Of a DNA stretch of 64,000 nucleotides, positions 1 to 14,400 are shown in pieces (the stretch's first letter is position 1; every line of letters begins with the position of its first letter). The position numbers and the translations under genes are program-made. This DNA is from Octopus vulgaris (taxonomy: Eukaryota): positions 14,074,001 through 14,138,000 of the forward strand of contig OX597839.1 in assembly GCA_951406725.2 (NCBI GenBank). The letters are read 5' to 3'. The notes below the pieces were generated by a model. The model did no database searches. It had not been told where the DNA came from and was given only the letters and a program-made list of their open reading frames with translations.

Positions 1-863
1 TGAAGAAAAAAAGATACCCTTCCTCCAACCCCTAACCCTAACCCTAACCAACCCTACTAACCCTAACTCTAACCCTAATCCTAAAATAGATTGAAATGCA
101 ATAGATCGATACTAGGGTCATAATTATGGGTGACATGTTCATATGACACCGTCAGAAAATGTTGTTTACACTCTACGGCAGAAATTGTTTTCATCTCAAT
201 AGACGACATGAAGGATATATATTTTTGCATGTAATTTCTGTGTTATTATAATTAACACCAGCGCAAAAATACATGTGAACACATTTATACGCATGTCTGT
301 ACGTATGTGTGTGCGTATTTGTGCGTGGGTGTGTCGTGCATAAGCGCAAATAGAAACACAATCATCTGTAATGCCATAACCACACACACACACACATGCA
401 CGTACGTACGTGCGTTCATCTGTAATATTATCGTAACCTTATCCGTCGGGTCTCGGATGGAAGGAAGCCATTTTAATTGTGGCATCTGAATGGGTTTTCA
501 GCATGATACGCCATTAATCAATAACTTGGTCAGTGTACACAGCTAAGGCTTCGACGGACCTTCACCTTGAAGTGCAGCCTCTCTGATAGAGTGACTCATA
601 AATACTAGATGTAATTTCGACACCTTACGTCGTTGTTTACTAGAAAATGCGACATGAACGAAACAACCTCCATCTTGAATATAATCCTCGTGCATTAGAT
701 GCTTTTGGCGAATGGTCAACGCCGACGATATGGGGATTAAAAAGCGATTGTTGAAGTGTTTTCAGTGAGAATTGGTATACAAGATTAATGTCAGGTGCTG
801 GCTCTAGGATTTAGAGATAAAAGTGCACCTACAAACACACACACACACACACACACTTATATA

Positions 864-1310
864 CGTACTTAAGCGTATATAATTTAGGGACATGCACACA
901 CACACACTTACACACGTACTTAAGCGTATATAATTTAGGGACATGCACACACATACACACGTACTTAAGCGTATATAATTTAGGGACAGGCACACACACA
1001 GACACATACGTACTTAAGCGTATATAATTTAGGGACATGCACACACACATACACACACACGTGCTTAAGCTTATATAATTTAGGGACATGCACACATACA
1101 CACACACACGTACTTAAGCGTATATAATTTAGGGACATACACACACACACACACACACATATACACATACACACGTACTTAAGTGTATATAATTTAGGGA
1201 CATGCACACACACACACGTGCTTAAGCGTATATAATTTAGGAACATGCACGTACGCACACACATACACACACATGTACTTTGGCGTATATAATTTAGGGA
1301 CATGCACACA
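864..1310. repeat. Minisatellite: about 9 copies of a ~30-bp core separated by variable (CA)n
   Basis: Core GTACTTAAGCGTATATAATTTAGGGACATGC recurs every ~45-65 bp. Confidence 0.9.
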
Positions 1311-2093
1311 CACACACACATACATACACACACACACATACGTGCATACTCATATACCTACAAGCATATTTATTTATGAAGATACGTTTAGGGATAGGAG
1401 TCCGCGCGCACACAACCGCAAACACACACACACATATATACACACATATTCATATACACACATAAGTATTTATTCCCACAGATACAGTTAGAGATATAAT
1501 TCTACACACACACGCATATACATACACACATATACATACACACACATAATAATGTGTAGATATTTAGGAACACAGGCAAGCTCATACATACTTCTGTGTA
1601 ACATGCGCTCATACATACTTCTGTGTAGACATGCGCGCGCGCACACACACATACACACACCTTCAGGTATACTCAGGCATATTTATATATACATACGTTT
1701 TGGGGGATAAATACATACTTACGCATGAACATTTAGGGATCAAAATACACGCATTCACATAAACACACATACATATTCATGCATAGGCATTTAGGAACAT
1801 ACATACACACACGTATGCACATTTCCTCATATATTGGGGACTTGAGCATAAACACACACACACACACACACACACACAGAGGAGAGGAGAAGAGGAGGAG
1901 AGGAAGGAAAGTAGAAAGACAGGGGAAAAGGAAGAAAAGGAGGAAAAGGAAGAGGAGAAAGAAGAGGCGGACGAAAAGAAGGGAGAGGAGAAGGAAGAGA
2001 AGGAGAGGAAGAACAGAAGAGATGAAGAAAGAGAATAAGGAAAATGAAGAGAAAAGGGGAGAAGAGAAAGAGGAGGAAAGCAGCAGCAGCAGT

Positions 2094-2432
2094 GGAGGCA
2101 CAATGGCCCAATGGTTAGGGCAGCGGACTCGTGGTCGGAGGATCGCGGTTTCGATTCCCAGACCGGGCATAGTGAGTGTTTATTGAGCGAAAACACCTAA
2201 AAGCTCCACGAGGCTCCGGCAGGGGGTGGTGGCGACCCCTGTTGTACACTTTCGCCCCAACTTTCTCTCACTCTTTCTTCCTGTTTCTTGTCCCCGACTT
2301 CCTACGCAACCGCTGAGCCTGGATGCGCATTCATCCATCCGTCGATGCTCTCGGTGTCGGGGGTTGACCTGCTTTCTCTTCTGCGGGTCTTACGAATAGC
2401 AAAAGGACCACGTTTCAGACTTCTCCCATCTT
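2094..2432 (+). mobile_element. tRNA-derived SINE family 1; copies at 13503-13872(-), 27576-27704(-), 29654-29925(+), 30238-30507(-), 32570-32836(-)
   Basis: A box TGGCCCAATGG and B box GGTTTCGATTCCC; the 30238-30507 copy has a 13-bp TSD AAAGGAATTTGAT. Confidence 0.88.
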
Positions 2433-2459
2433 GTGAGCTCCGGGACGAAGACTGTTCGC

Positions 2460-2563
2460 TCAACAGCAACAGCAGCAGCAGCAGCAGGGAAAGGTAGATT
2501 CCATTTCCAGGTTGGTAAGATTAATGCGGTTGATGTTCAGCTTGTACTTCAGCTCATCGACCT
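2460..2563 (-). CDS. Probable terminal coding exon of an unidentified gene, ending in a Cys8 tail
   Basis: Pyrimidine-rich acceptor (..gttgttcctcgcag|) followed by AG GTC GAT GAG CTG AAG TAC AAG CTG AAC ATC..., i.e. (E)[33 protein letters not shown]-stop(TGA). Third codon positions are GC-rich against an AT-rich background. Confidence 0.6.
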
Positions 2564-2722
2564 CTGCGAGGAACAACGTTTGTTGGAGGCAGAGGAAAGA
2601 AGTTTTGGGGCAAAAAACAAAACCCGCCAAAATTACTTCGAGCAGTGGTTCCCAAACCTGTGATCTGCGGACAACTAGTCGTCTGCAAGGGTACTACTGG
2701 GGGTCTGTGAATTAAATTCAAA

Positions 2723-2833
<111 letters not shown>

Positions 2834-3029
2834 ATATATAGGGACAGTTTACGAAAAAAACAAAATACGAAGACAGGTTGTGTACAAAACAAACAGATGT
2901 ATTAGTATAACGCTCAGGAATAGAAAAAGTGTTTTACGTTTCGAACCTACGCTCTTCTACAGAAAGGGACACAGAAAAAACAAAGAGAGAAAAAAATGTG
3001 TGTAGTGGCTAACGATCTATCATGGCGAC

Positions 3030-3133
<104 letters not shown>

Positions 3134-3204
3134 AAAGAATATATATTCACACAAACATATAGGTTTACACACACACATACGCTCACACACACACACAACT
3201 AATT

Positions 3205-3497
3205 AGCACTCCGTCGGTCGCGACAATGAAGCTGTTACAGCCTACTCGTGAAATTAACATGCAAGAGGGCTGAGTACTCCGCAACACGTGTACTTTTCAC
3301 GTAGTTCTCAAGGAGGATTCAGCATGACACAAAGTGTGACAAGGCCGGCCCTTTTTGAAATACGGGTACAACTCATTTTTACCAGCTGAGTGGACTGGAG
3401 CAACGTGAAATAAAGTATCAACGCGCTGCCGGAAATCGAACTCACGACCTTACGATCATGAGCCGAATACTCTAACCACTTAACCACGTGTCTTCAC
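3205..3497 (-). mobile_element. tRNA-derived SINE family 4; partial copies at 15925-16010(+) and 27385-27575(-)
   Basis: Minus-strand head GTGGTTAAGTGGTTAGAG...GTGAGTTCGATTTCC. Confidence 0.75.
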
Positions 3498-4228
3498 TTA
3501 TATTTATAAACCGACGTAGAAGACATCCAAACAGGTCAATTCTACTTATTTCTCTATAAACTGACAAAAGGGATCTTTTCAGTTTGAACGGTGTCTTATG
3601 AAATTGTCCCCGCTAATTATGACCCTAGTATCAATCTATTGCATTTCAATCAGTTTTAGGGTTAGGGGTGGGGAGAAGGGTATCTTTTTTTCTTCACAAA
3701 TATAAATAAACCCAATCTGTTTCTTAAACGAGGGACATATTCATATGGCACAGAATGTTTTCAGCTCAATAGACGTCTTTGATTGGTTGAAATTGCAGAA
3801 ATTGAAATATCTTACAAACTACAGAATTTTTTCAAGAAAGCCAAGAGAAAAAGATGTTTTATAAACACATTCTACCAGTATACGAAGTTTAAAAGTGTTT
3901 AGTTATGTGGCAATTATTTTTAAAAACTGCCGGTCAAACCGAAAATAGAATAACTTTAATCGATCTTCGATCTTTATTGGAGGTCTCAAAGGTGTTTACA
4001 TCACCTGAACTATCCCAGACAAACAAGTAATCATTCTATTTATAGACACATTAAATCAGAGAACTGAAGCAACTAATTTGCATACCATTAATGTCCCACA
4101 CTTTATTTAATATCAAAGGTCAGTCAATGCACATCTCAGTCCAAAAAATACGAAGACGGGATATATATATATACGAAAACGTACATAACGGGCTCAAGAA
4201 CGGGTTGATTTTAACTATTTCTAAGTAG

Positions 4229-5568
<1,340 letters not shown>

Positions 5569-5924
5569 TAAGGGTGATAGAATTAGATACTAATTTAATA
5601 GTATCCCGATTCAACAGAGAAACCTATTGTGGTTGAAACCTATTGGATCTATTTCTAGTGCTAGAGTGATCCACATAGTGACCACTCTCTTATATTTACT
5701 TATATATATATATATATATATATATTTTATATATATATTTTTTATATATATTTTTTATTTTTTTATTTTTTTATTTATCTATTCTTTCATCTAACTTACC
5801 ACTGACTCCTTGACCACTCCCCCAAGTATGATATTTTGCGCTATGCCTACCCCCAAAAAGTCCCCCACCACCACTCCTTTAAACCTGCCTAAATGTATAA
5901 ATGCTAATACAATTCTTGTTAAAT

Positions 5925-5975
5925 AGCTTCCTGAAGATTTCTCTTGAATGAAACAGTACTAGTCCTGTAGAAGCT
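5925..5975 (+). ncRNA. Minimal type I hammerhead ribozyme in the 5' pLTR
   Basis: AGCTTC-CTGAAGA-(t-ttc tctt gaa-t)-GAAA-CAG tactagtc CTG-TA-GAAGCT: 6-bp stem I, intact core, GUA cleavage triplet, ACTAGT palindrome in loop III. Confidence 0.85.
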
Positions 5976-6106
5976 CCTTCTATATAATAAATTAATTTTA
6001 CTCTGCTATGTATTGAGTACCTTACTTACTGTGGTTAACCCCGAATCAACCCGGGACCTACATATCTTAGCACACCCTAGTGCCCTTATAACCATCACCA
6101 AGAAAA

Positions 6107-8252
6107 ATGCTGACAAGAATCGACCTCGACACTTCCCTGAAGAACATTACTATCCCACCAAGGAAACAGTACCAAAAAGCCCTCATTAGACGGACTGATG
6201 AGTTCATCAAAAGAATTCGATGGAGATCTTTCTTCTTCGACAACCCTGATGTAGCATCTACCAGTAATGATAAGTACGGCTTCAAATCAAATAAGGCCCC
6301 TCCTACCAACAGCCTACTTGAACCGTTTGAAGAAGACCTCTTCCTCATGATAAAAAACATCAAATTCAGGAGAGTCAACTTACCTTTCCAAACGGAACTG
6401 AATGCGAAGCTTTCGAAAATGAAAAGCTCCCAGAACCTCCATGTCCCTTCGGACAAGACAAAAAATATTTACGCGGTGACTCCGGATACCTATAATAGAC
6501 TAGCCGATAACGCCATCACAGCTAAATACAAGAAAGTAGACGACGCAGCGCTAACTGAAACCAACTTGGCCGGGAAAGAGATTGCCACCTCCCTTAAAAT
6601 CGACGACCGAACAGAACCCCTGAGGGTGAAGTCCCCACACTTCACCCTGAAAGACCACAAAGACCATTTCGAAAATAAACCGTCGGTCCGTTTGATTAAC
6701 CCAACCAAGTCTGACATCGGATCCGTCAGCAAGAAGATCCTGGACAGGATTTTACCAAAAATGCGTGAAGCTTCACCCCTTCCACTCTGGAATAGGACCT
6801 CCGAGGCAATAACTTGGTTCCGGGATTTACCAGATAAAAGCAACACCCGATTCCTACAACTGGATATCGAGGATTACTACGCCTCTATATCGGAGAGCTT
6901 GCTGATCGATGCGATTAACTTCGCCAGGAGGTCCTCCACCATCACCGAGGCCGAGCAAGATGTGATCCTCCACGCACGTAAGACTTTTCTTTTCTATGAC
7001 GGATCCCACTGGATCAACAAAAAATTGTGACCCCCTTCGACGTCAGCATGGGTGCTAACGACTCTGCTGAAATAAGTGACCTAGTGGGCCTTTTCATCCT
7101 CCATAGGCTGAAAACCCTATTCACAGGCCTCTCCGGTGGTCTTTACCGAGATGACGGCCTTTTCGCCCTCCACAATATAAACCCCAGGACCACGGATGGG
7201 TTCCGGAAAAATCTTCACACCTTCTTTAAAAACTTAGGCCTTAGGATTACCCTAGAATCCAACTTAACAAAGGCTAACTTCCTAGATGTCACCCTCGACT
7301 TAAAAACCTCACTTTATTACCCGTACCACAAACCAAATGAATCCCTTAGATATATAGATATCAATTCCAACCACCCCAGAAATATATTAGATAACCTAGT
7401 AAAAAGTGTCTCAATTAGAATCTCTAGCCTGTCCGCCACGGAAGATATCTTTAAGGCCGCAGCCCCCTATTACAACGAGGCCCTGGCCCGCAGTGGTTTT
7501 AAAGATAAGATTACCTACACTAGTATAGCCCCACGCCAACCCAGGAAAAATAGACGAAGACACATTAGCTGGTACAACCCCTACCCCCCTTCAACCGTGA
7601 GGTCGCTACACCTGTAGCTAAGATCTTTTTCACTCTCCTACAGAAACACTTCCCCACCCAACATAAGTACTACACTATCCTAAATAAGAACACTATTAGA
7701 CTCTCCTACTCTACCACGCCCAACCTAGCCAGGAACCTAGCCAACAACAATGTGAAAAAACTTAACATATCTACTTTCTCCGGGGCCCATCCAACGTCCG
7801 ATAGCAATTGCAACTGCCATGATAAAACCACCTGCCCCCTCAACAACAACTGCCTACAGAGGGACCTAGTATATAAATGCGAGGTAAGATCAGGCCTTGA
7901 CGATAAAAGTAAATCCTACATTGGAATGACGTCAAACAGCTTTAAGACCCGCTGGTACGCACATACACACTCGTTCCGGCGACAGGATAAATCCAACCAA
8001 ACTACCCTCGCCGCCCACATCTGGTACCTTAAAAGGAACTCAATCCCCTTCAAGACCAAGTGGAAACTACTACAGAAGGCGCGCTCGTACACAGGAGGAC
8101 ATACCTGCTGTGACCTATGCATATCAGAGAGCCTAGAGATCTTGTTCGCCAAAGGCCCTCTCCTTAACAAATTTTCAGAACACTCCCCAAATTGCATGCA
8201 TAAGAAGTATGCGAACTACAAGAACTATAGACCTACCCGGCAACCTGATTGA
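6107..8252 (+). pseudogene. PLE reverse transcriptase + C-terminal GIY-YIG endonuclease ORF with two frameshifts (probably Naiad-type)
   Basis: RT motifs VPSDKT, RLINP, FLQLDIEDYY, SMGAND, LYRDDG, NFLDVTL; linker WYNPPF; CNC..CPL...C zinc motif; LVYKC...YIGMT...FKTRW..H and CDLCISE...C.H of the endonuclease. Frameshifts at ~7020 (A-run) and ~7583 (4-nt insertion in a C-run). Confidence 0.92.
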
Positions 8253-8490
8253 TGACAACCCCCCCTACAAACCCCCCTACAACCCCCCCCCAACCCCACT
8301 GTTCCCCTAGCACCCCCGATTACCTTTTCTCCTAAGACCTTTCACATATTATATGTGCACGCTTGTATATGTGTATCGTATGTATGTATATATGTATAGA
8401 AATGCATGGGTACAGTAGGAATATACGCATGTATTATGTGTGTGTGTGTGTATGTATGCATGTAAAAATATATATGTATATATATTCGCA

Positions 8491-8521
<31 letters not shown>

Positions 8522-9351
8522 GTATGTGCTTGTATGTGTGTGTGTGTGTATATGTGTATATGTGTTTGTATGTATATGTGTATATATGTATATGCATATG
8601 TATGTGTAAATGTATGTGCTTATGTATGTGTATGTATGTATAAAATATTATATAATTAGGGCTTAGTAAAATAAAATAAATTACTTTGCCACATACTAAA
8701 CTTTCTAGAAACAGCAGCCAATAAAGTTTTTTAGCCTCTTCCACTACTTAGAGAATTTTTTTCCCTCTAACATTGTTTACTCAAAATAATAATGGTCCCT
8801 TTACATACTGAACACTTGATGAAATTGATTAATAACTAATTAACTTTACCCTCCCTTGTTGATATATATATATATGTATATGTGTACATGTGTGTATATA
8901 TATATATATATGTGTGTGTGTATGTGTGTATGTATGTATTTGTATATGTGTGTGTGTATATGTATGTGTGCGCGTGTGTGTGTATGTATGTGTATGTATA
9001 CTTGTATATGTATATGCATGAATGTGTATATATATGTGTGTGTATATGTGTATTATGTATGTATTTATATAGATATGTAGTTTATATGTATATATGTATG
9101 TATATGCATCTGTCTGTGTGTGTGTATGTGTATATATGTGTATCTTTTTTGCGTATGTATACATGTATATGTGTATATGTATGTGTGTGTGTGTGTGTAT
9201 ATATATGTATATATATATATATGTATATATATATGTATATGTATGTATAGATGCATACGTATGTGTATGTACATGTATATATGTATGTGTGTATATGTAT
9301 ATATGTTTATATATGTGAGTATGTAGTGATATAAGTATATGCATGTGTATA

Positions 9352-9382
<31 letters not shown>

Positions 9383-9461
9383 GTATGGGTATGTGTATCA
9401 GTGTATATGTATATATGTATGTGTGTGTGTATGTATATGTATGTATATGTGTATATATGTA

Positions 9462-9496
<35 letters not shown>

Positions 9497-9543
9497 GTGT
9501 ATGTGTGTGTATGTATGTGTATGTGTATGTATGTGTATGTATA

Positions 9544-9574
<31 letters not shown>

Positions 9575-10106
9575 GTGTATATATATATATATATATGAGT
9601 GCGTGTGTGTATGTATGCATATATGTATGTATGCATGTATATGTGTATGTATATATATGTGTGTAAGTGTGTGCATATATGTATATGTAAGTATGTGTGC
9701 GCGTATGAGTATGTATGTATGCTTGCACACGTGTATATATATGTGTGTGTGTGTATATATATGGATGCGCGTGCGTGTGTGCACGTGTATGGGTACGCAT
9801 GTATATGTGTATGGGCGTGTATGTGTATACGTGTATGTATGTATGTGTGTGCGTAGATTTGTATATGTATGTGTGAGTGTGTATATATATATGTATATAT
9901 ATATACATATATATAGATGGGTGTGTGTATGCGTATAAATGCATGTAAGTATGGATGTATGGATGTATGTATGTATGTATACGTATGTATGTGTGTATGT
10001 GTGTATGTATATATATATGTGTGTATATATGTTTGCGTATGTATATATACGTGTATGTATGTGTGTGTATATGTATGTGTGTATGTGTATGTATGTATAT
10101 ATATAC

Positions 10107-10137
<31 letters not shown>

Positions 10138-11029
10138 GGTATGTATCTGTATGTAGGAGTATATATGTGTGTGTGTGTATGTATATGTGTGTATATATAT
10201 ATATATATGTATATTTATTGGTGTATATGTATAGACTAGCCTCCTAAAGTGTAGACACGAATCTGTAGGTACGAGTACGTATGTGTATATACGTGAACGT
10301 ATGTAGATGTTTGTATGTATGAATATAACGCGTGCGTACGTGTATGTGTATGAGTGTACGAATGGGTGAATGTACGTGCTAATGAGTGTGCGTGCGGGAA
10401 TGAGTACTTGCCTTCTAGTAGACAGACAAATGGACATGCAGCCATTGCCAGGATTCTTAGCTCTAGCGATCAAAGATAACAAAAGTAATAAATGAAGATA
10501 ATAAAATTAAAATTAGGGAATGGGCCTGTATTGGATTATATATATATATATGTATATATATATATTTGTATGTATGTATGTGTGTATGTGTAGGTATGTA
10601 TAGGTACACATGTGTATGTGTATGTGTATGTATATGTGTGTGTATGTATGTATGTGCACACATGTATATATATGTATGCGTGTATATGTTTATACATATA
10701 TACATGTACATAGGTGTATGTGGGTGTATGTATATATAGGTGTAAATATGTGTATATAGGGAACTAGGTGTGTTGTGTGTGCATGAGTGTATGTGCGTAT
10801 GAATATATATTTTTATGTGTATATATGTATGTGTGGTCGTGGGTATATATATATATATATATATATACATGTGTGTATGCGTGTATGCATGGGAGTGAGT
10901 GTATGCATATATACGTGTGTGTATGTGTAGACAGGTATAGGCATGTGCATGTGTATAAATTTGTATATGTGGGCGGGTGTATGTATGTGTGTATGTAGAT
11001 ATGTATGTATGTGTGTATATATGTATGTG

Positions 11030-11076
<47 letters not shown>

Positions 11077-11406
11077 ATATATATATATGTGTATATATGT
11101 GTGTGTGTGTAGATACGTATACATGTGTGTATAGGTATAAGTGAGAATCTCCTTATTTACCTATAACTCTATCCCCCCTTTTTTTATATATATATATATA
11201 TATATATTTTATATATATATTTTTTATATATATTTTTTATTTTTTTATTTTTTTATTTATCTATTCTTTCATCTAACTTACCACTGACTCCTTGACCACT
11301 CCCCCAAGTATGATATTTTGCGCTATGCCTACCCCCAAAAAGTCCCCCACCACCACTCCTTTAAACCTGCCTAAATGTATAAATGCTAATACAATTCTTG
11401 TTAAAT

Positions 11407-11457
11407 AGCTTCCTGAAGATTTCTCTTGAATGAAACAGTACTAGTCCTGTAGAAGCT
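11407..11457 (+). ncRNA. Minimal type I hammerhead ribozyme in the 3' pLTR
   Basis: Identical copy of 5925-5975. Confidence 0.85.
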
Positions 11458-11468
11458 CCTTCTATATA

Positions 11469-11505
<37 letters not shown>

Positions 11506-12305
11506 CATATACATCCATACACACCAACATGGCAAGTCGAGATAACTAACAGAGTTAAAGTGAACTTTTGAGACCTTGGTTAATTGACGTTCAGCGATAT
11601 CAATTAGAATATTAATTGCCCAATTAGCTAAAACAAAATGGCTACTTGTGTCATATGTAATATCGTTGTTGTCTGTAAATGGTTGCGTGTGAGATATCAT
11701 GTGTGAAATCTCGGTCATATCAAACGGTCGTTAGTATTTGGAATGTTTATTCATTTAGTCGGCGTAATATCACGAGTGAGCAGATTTAGGGGGGCGGGAG
11801 ACAAGGGGATAGGGAAGGTGAGGAGGAGAGGTGGGTGGAAATAGAGAGTGAGGGAGAGAGAGTGAAAGAGATCGGGAAGAGAGAAAGAAAGATAAAACAA
11901 AGAAAGAAAAAGAGATAGAAAGAAAGAAAGCGAGAGAGTGAGAAAAAAGAAAGAAAGAAAAAAGTAATAAAGAAAAAGAGAAAAGAAGGAAGGAAGAAAC
12001 AAAACAGAAAAAGAGAGGAGGGAGGAAAGAGTAAGAGAGGAAGAAAAAAGAAGCAAAGAGAGTGAGGGAGAAACAGAACAAGAGAAAGGAAGAAAGAATG
12101 AAAGAAAGGAAGAAAGAAAGAAAACAGAAAGAAAGGAAGCAAAAGACAAAGAAAGAGAGAAGAAGAAGATCCATGGACGGTCACTCCAGGGTAAGACGTA
12201 CATTTTCATTTTTGTGAAGTTAAGAGCAATAGGATTGAACCTGAAGCCTCTTGGCTGCAAGGTCAGCTTCTTAATCTCATAGGCATACTTGAGAATTTGA
12301 GTGTT

Positions 12306-12724
12306 GGGATCTTTTCGGTTTGACGGGCAGTTTTTTAAAAATAATTTCCACGTAACTAAACACTTTTAAACTTCGTATACTGGTAGAATGTGTTTATAAA
12401 ACATCTTTTTCTCTTAGCTTTATTGAGAAAATTCTACGGTTTGTAAGATATTTGTTGCTTTTTCCTTCAATTTCTGCAATTTCAACCAATCAGTGACGTC
12501 TGTTGAGGTGAAAACATTCTGTGCCGTATGAATATGTCCCTCGTTTAAGAAACAGATTGGGTTTATTTACATTTGTGAAGAAAAAAAGATACCTTTCCCC
12601 CCAACCCTAACCCTAACCCTAAAACAGATTGAAATGCAATAGATCGATACTAGGGTCATAATTATGGGTGACAATTTCATATGACACCGCTAGAAAAAAC
12701 TGTCATTCAAACCGAAAAGATCCC
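12306..12724. mobile_element. ~420-bp MITE with ~30-bp TIRs and internal (TTAGGG)-like repeats
   Basis: Termini GGGATCTTTTCGGTTTGA..GGCAGTTTTT / AAAAACTG.C.TTCAAACCGAAAAGATCCC. Other copies: 1-160 (partial), 3570-3945, 12858-13029 (partial), 20261-20678, 21540-21746 (partial), 55659-56077, 56338-56576 (partial), 56910-57107 (partial). Superfamily not assigned. Confidence 0.85.
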
Positions 12725-13432
12725 AAATCTCTGATCTTTGGTTCCTTTTGAAATCTTTGCACATTACGTCATTCAGACCTTCAACATACTGTGAAATAAA
12801 ACGCTCAATATAGACATAATTATTCAATGACAAGACTCAAATTCTCAAGTGTGGCTATTGCAGAAATTGAAGAAAAAAGCAACAAATATCTTACAAACTA
12901 CAGAATTTTTTCAATAAAGCCAAGAGGAAAAGATGTTTTATAAATACATTCTACCCGTACATCAAGTTCAAAAGTGTTTAGTTACGTGGAAATTATGTTA
13001 AAAAACTGCCGTTCAAACCGAAAAGATCCGAGATTTTTCCCAAACCATAGGATCCTAAAGCCAGTTTTCCGGATTTTGTGGCTTACAAATTAAACCCTAA
13101 CCCCAACCTACCCTGTCTGGCCGGTATCAGAAAATCAGTGGATTCATCTAACTAAAACCATCCAAGACGATGCTCCAGGATGGCCGCAATCTGATGACTG
13201 AAAAGACGCATTTATCATTTGTCTCCTAATTGTCTGTCTTCGGACTGCGGCCACACTGGAGTATCACCTTGAAAGTTTTGCGGTTGAACGAATCGACCTC
13301 GGTATTTTTTGAGCCCCTTTCGCAGAAACAAATTACGAGGACATAAACACACCAACGCCGGTTGACAAGCAGTGGTGAAGGACAAACAGGCAGATATATG
13401 TGTGTGTGTGTATGGGGATTATACATATATAC

Positions 13433-13470
<38 letters not shown>

Positions 13471-13877
13471 GTACATACATATATATATATAGTCACACAA
13501 AACCAGGCTATCAGATGTTGTTACACATCGCCGATCACAATGCGCTTCGCATTGTTTTTAGCCTTCAAATGACGCCACCCCACTTGCTAAGCGAGCAGGC
13601 CAACAGAAGAAAGAGTGAGGGAAAGTTGTGGCGAAAGAGTACAGTAGGGATCGCCACCCCACCCCCACCCCTGCCGGAGCCTCGTAGACTGTTTGGATTC
13701 CCGATGGAGTGGAGTTTCCGAATCTGATAGAATCTTCGTTGGATTGTTGAACAGAATATTTCTCATCTTCATCAGAGTTTGAATAAACACTCACAACGCC
13801 CAGTCTGGGAATCGAAACCGCAATCCTACGACCGCGAGTCCGCTGCCCTAACCATTGGGCCATTGCGCGTCCATATA

Positions 13878-13975
<98 letters not shown>

Positions 13976-14307
13976 TACTTGGAGGAGATGAAACGAAACG
14001 AAGGGCTTCTTTCAGTTTCCTTCTTACACTCACAATGTATTGGTCGACCCGAGTCTATAATAATACAAGATACTAACTCTAGGGTGCCAAGCAGTGATAT
14101 TGAACCTGAAACTATGTGGTTGGGAAACAAGCATCTACCACACAACTGCGCCTGCGCACCTTACAAACGTCAGTCATTTCGACTTTTATTTCAAACTGAA
14201 ATAGAATTTTTCAGATTTTCATCTAAACATTATTCTGCCGATTCGTCATAATTATCATAACACAAATGCATTTTTTTTAAAGAATAATAATGATGATGAT
14301 GATGATG

Positions 14308-14397
<90 letters not shown>

Positions 14398-14400
<3 letters not shown>

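Noticed and set aside
29-83. CCCTAA repeats at the window start suggesting a telomere
   Set aside because: They are internal to the GGGATC-TIR MITE and recur in copies at 3.6, 12.6, 20.4 and 55.8 kb.
864-1310. CRISPR-like repeat-spacer pattern
   Set aside because: Spacers are (CA)n rather than unique sequence, the context is eukaryotic, and there are no cas genes.
2094-2170. tRNA genes
   Set aside because: The A/B boxes are SINE heads followed by SINE bodies in multiple diverged copies; no complete cloverleaf.
2433-2663. Plus-strand ORF or 4-nt microexon (ttccag|GTTG|gtaaga)
   Set aside because: Better explained as the antisense shadow of the minus-strand exon.
7752-8252. Selenocysteine-encoding PLE, as reported for some Naiad elements
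   Set aside because: Conserved Cys positions use TGC/TGT and there is no in-frame TGA before the stop.
8829-10482. Long ORFs (371 aa, 391 aa) rich in Y/I/H/T/C/V/M, and similar ORFs across the window
   Set aside because: Translations of TA/TG/TACA microsatellites that lack stop codons by construction.
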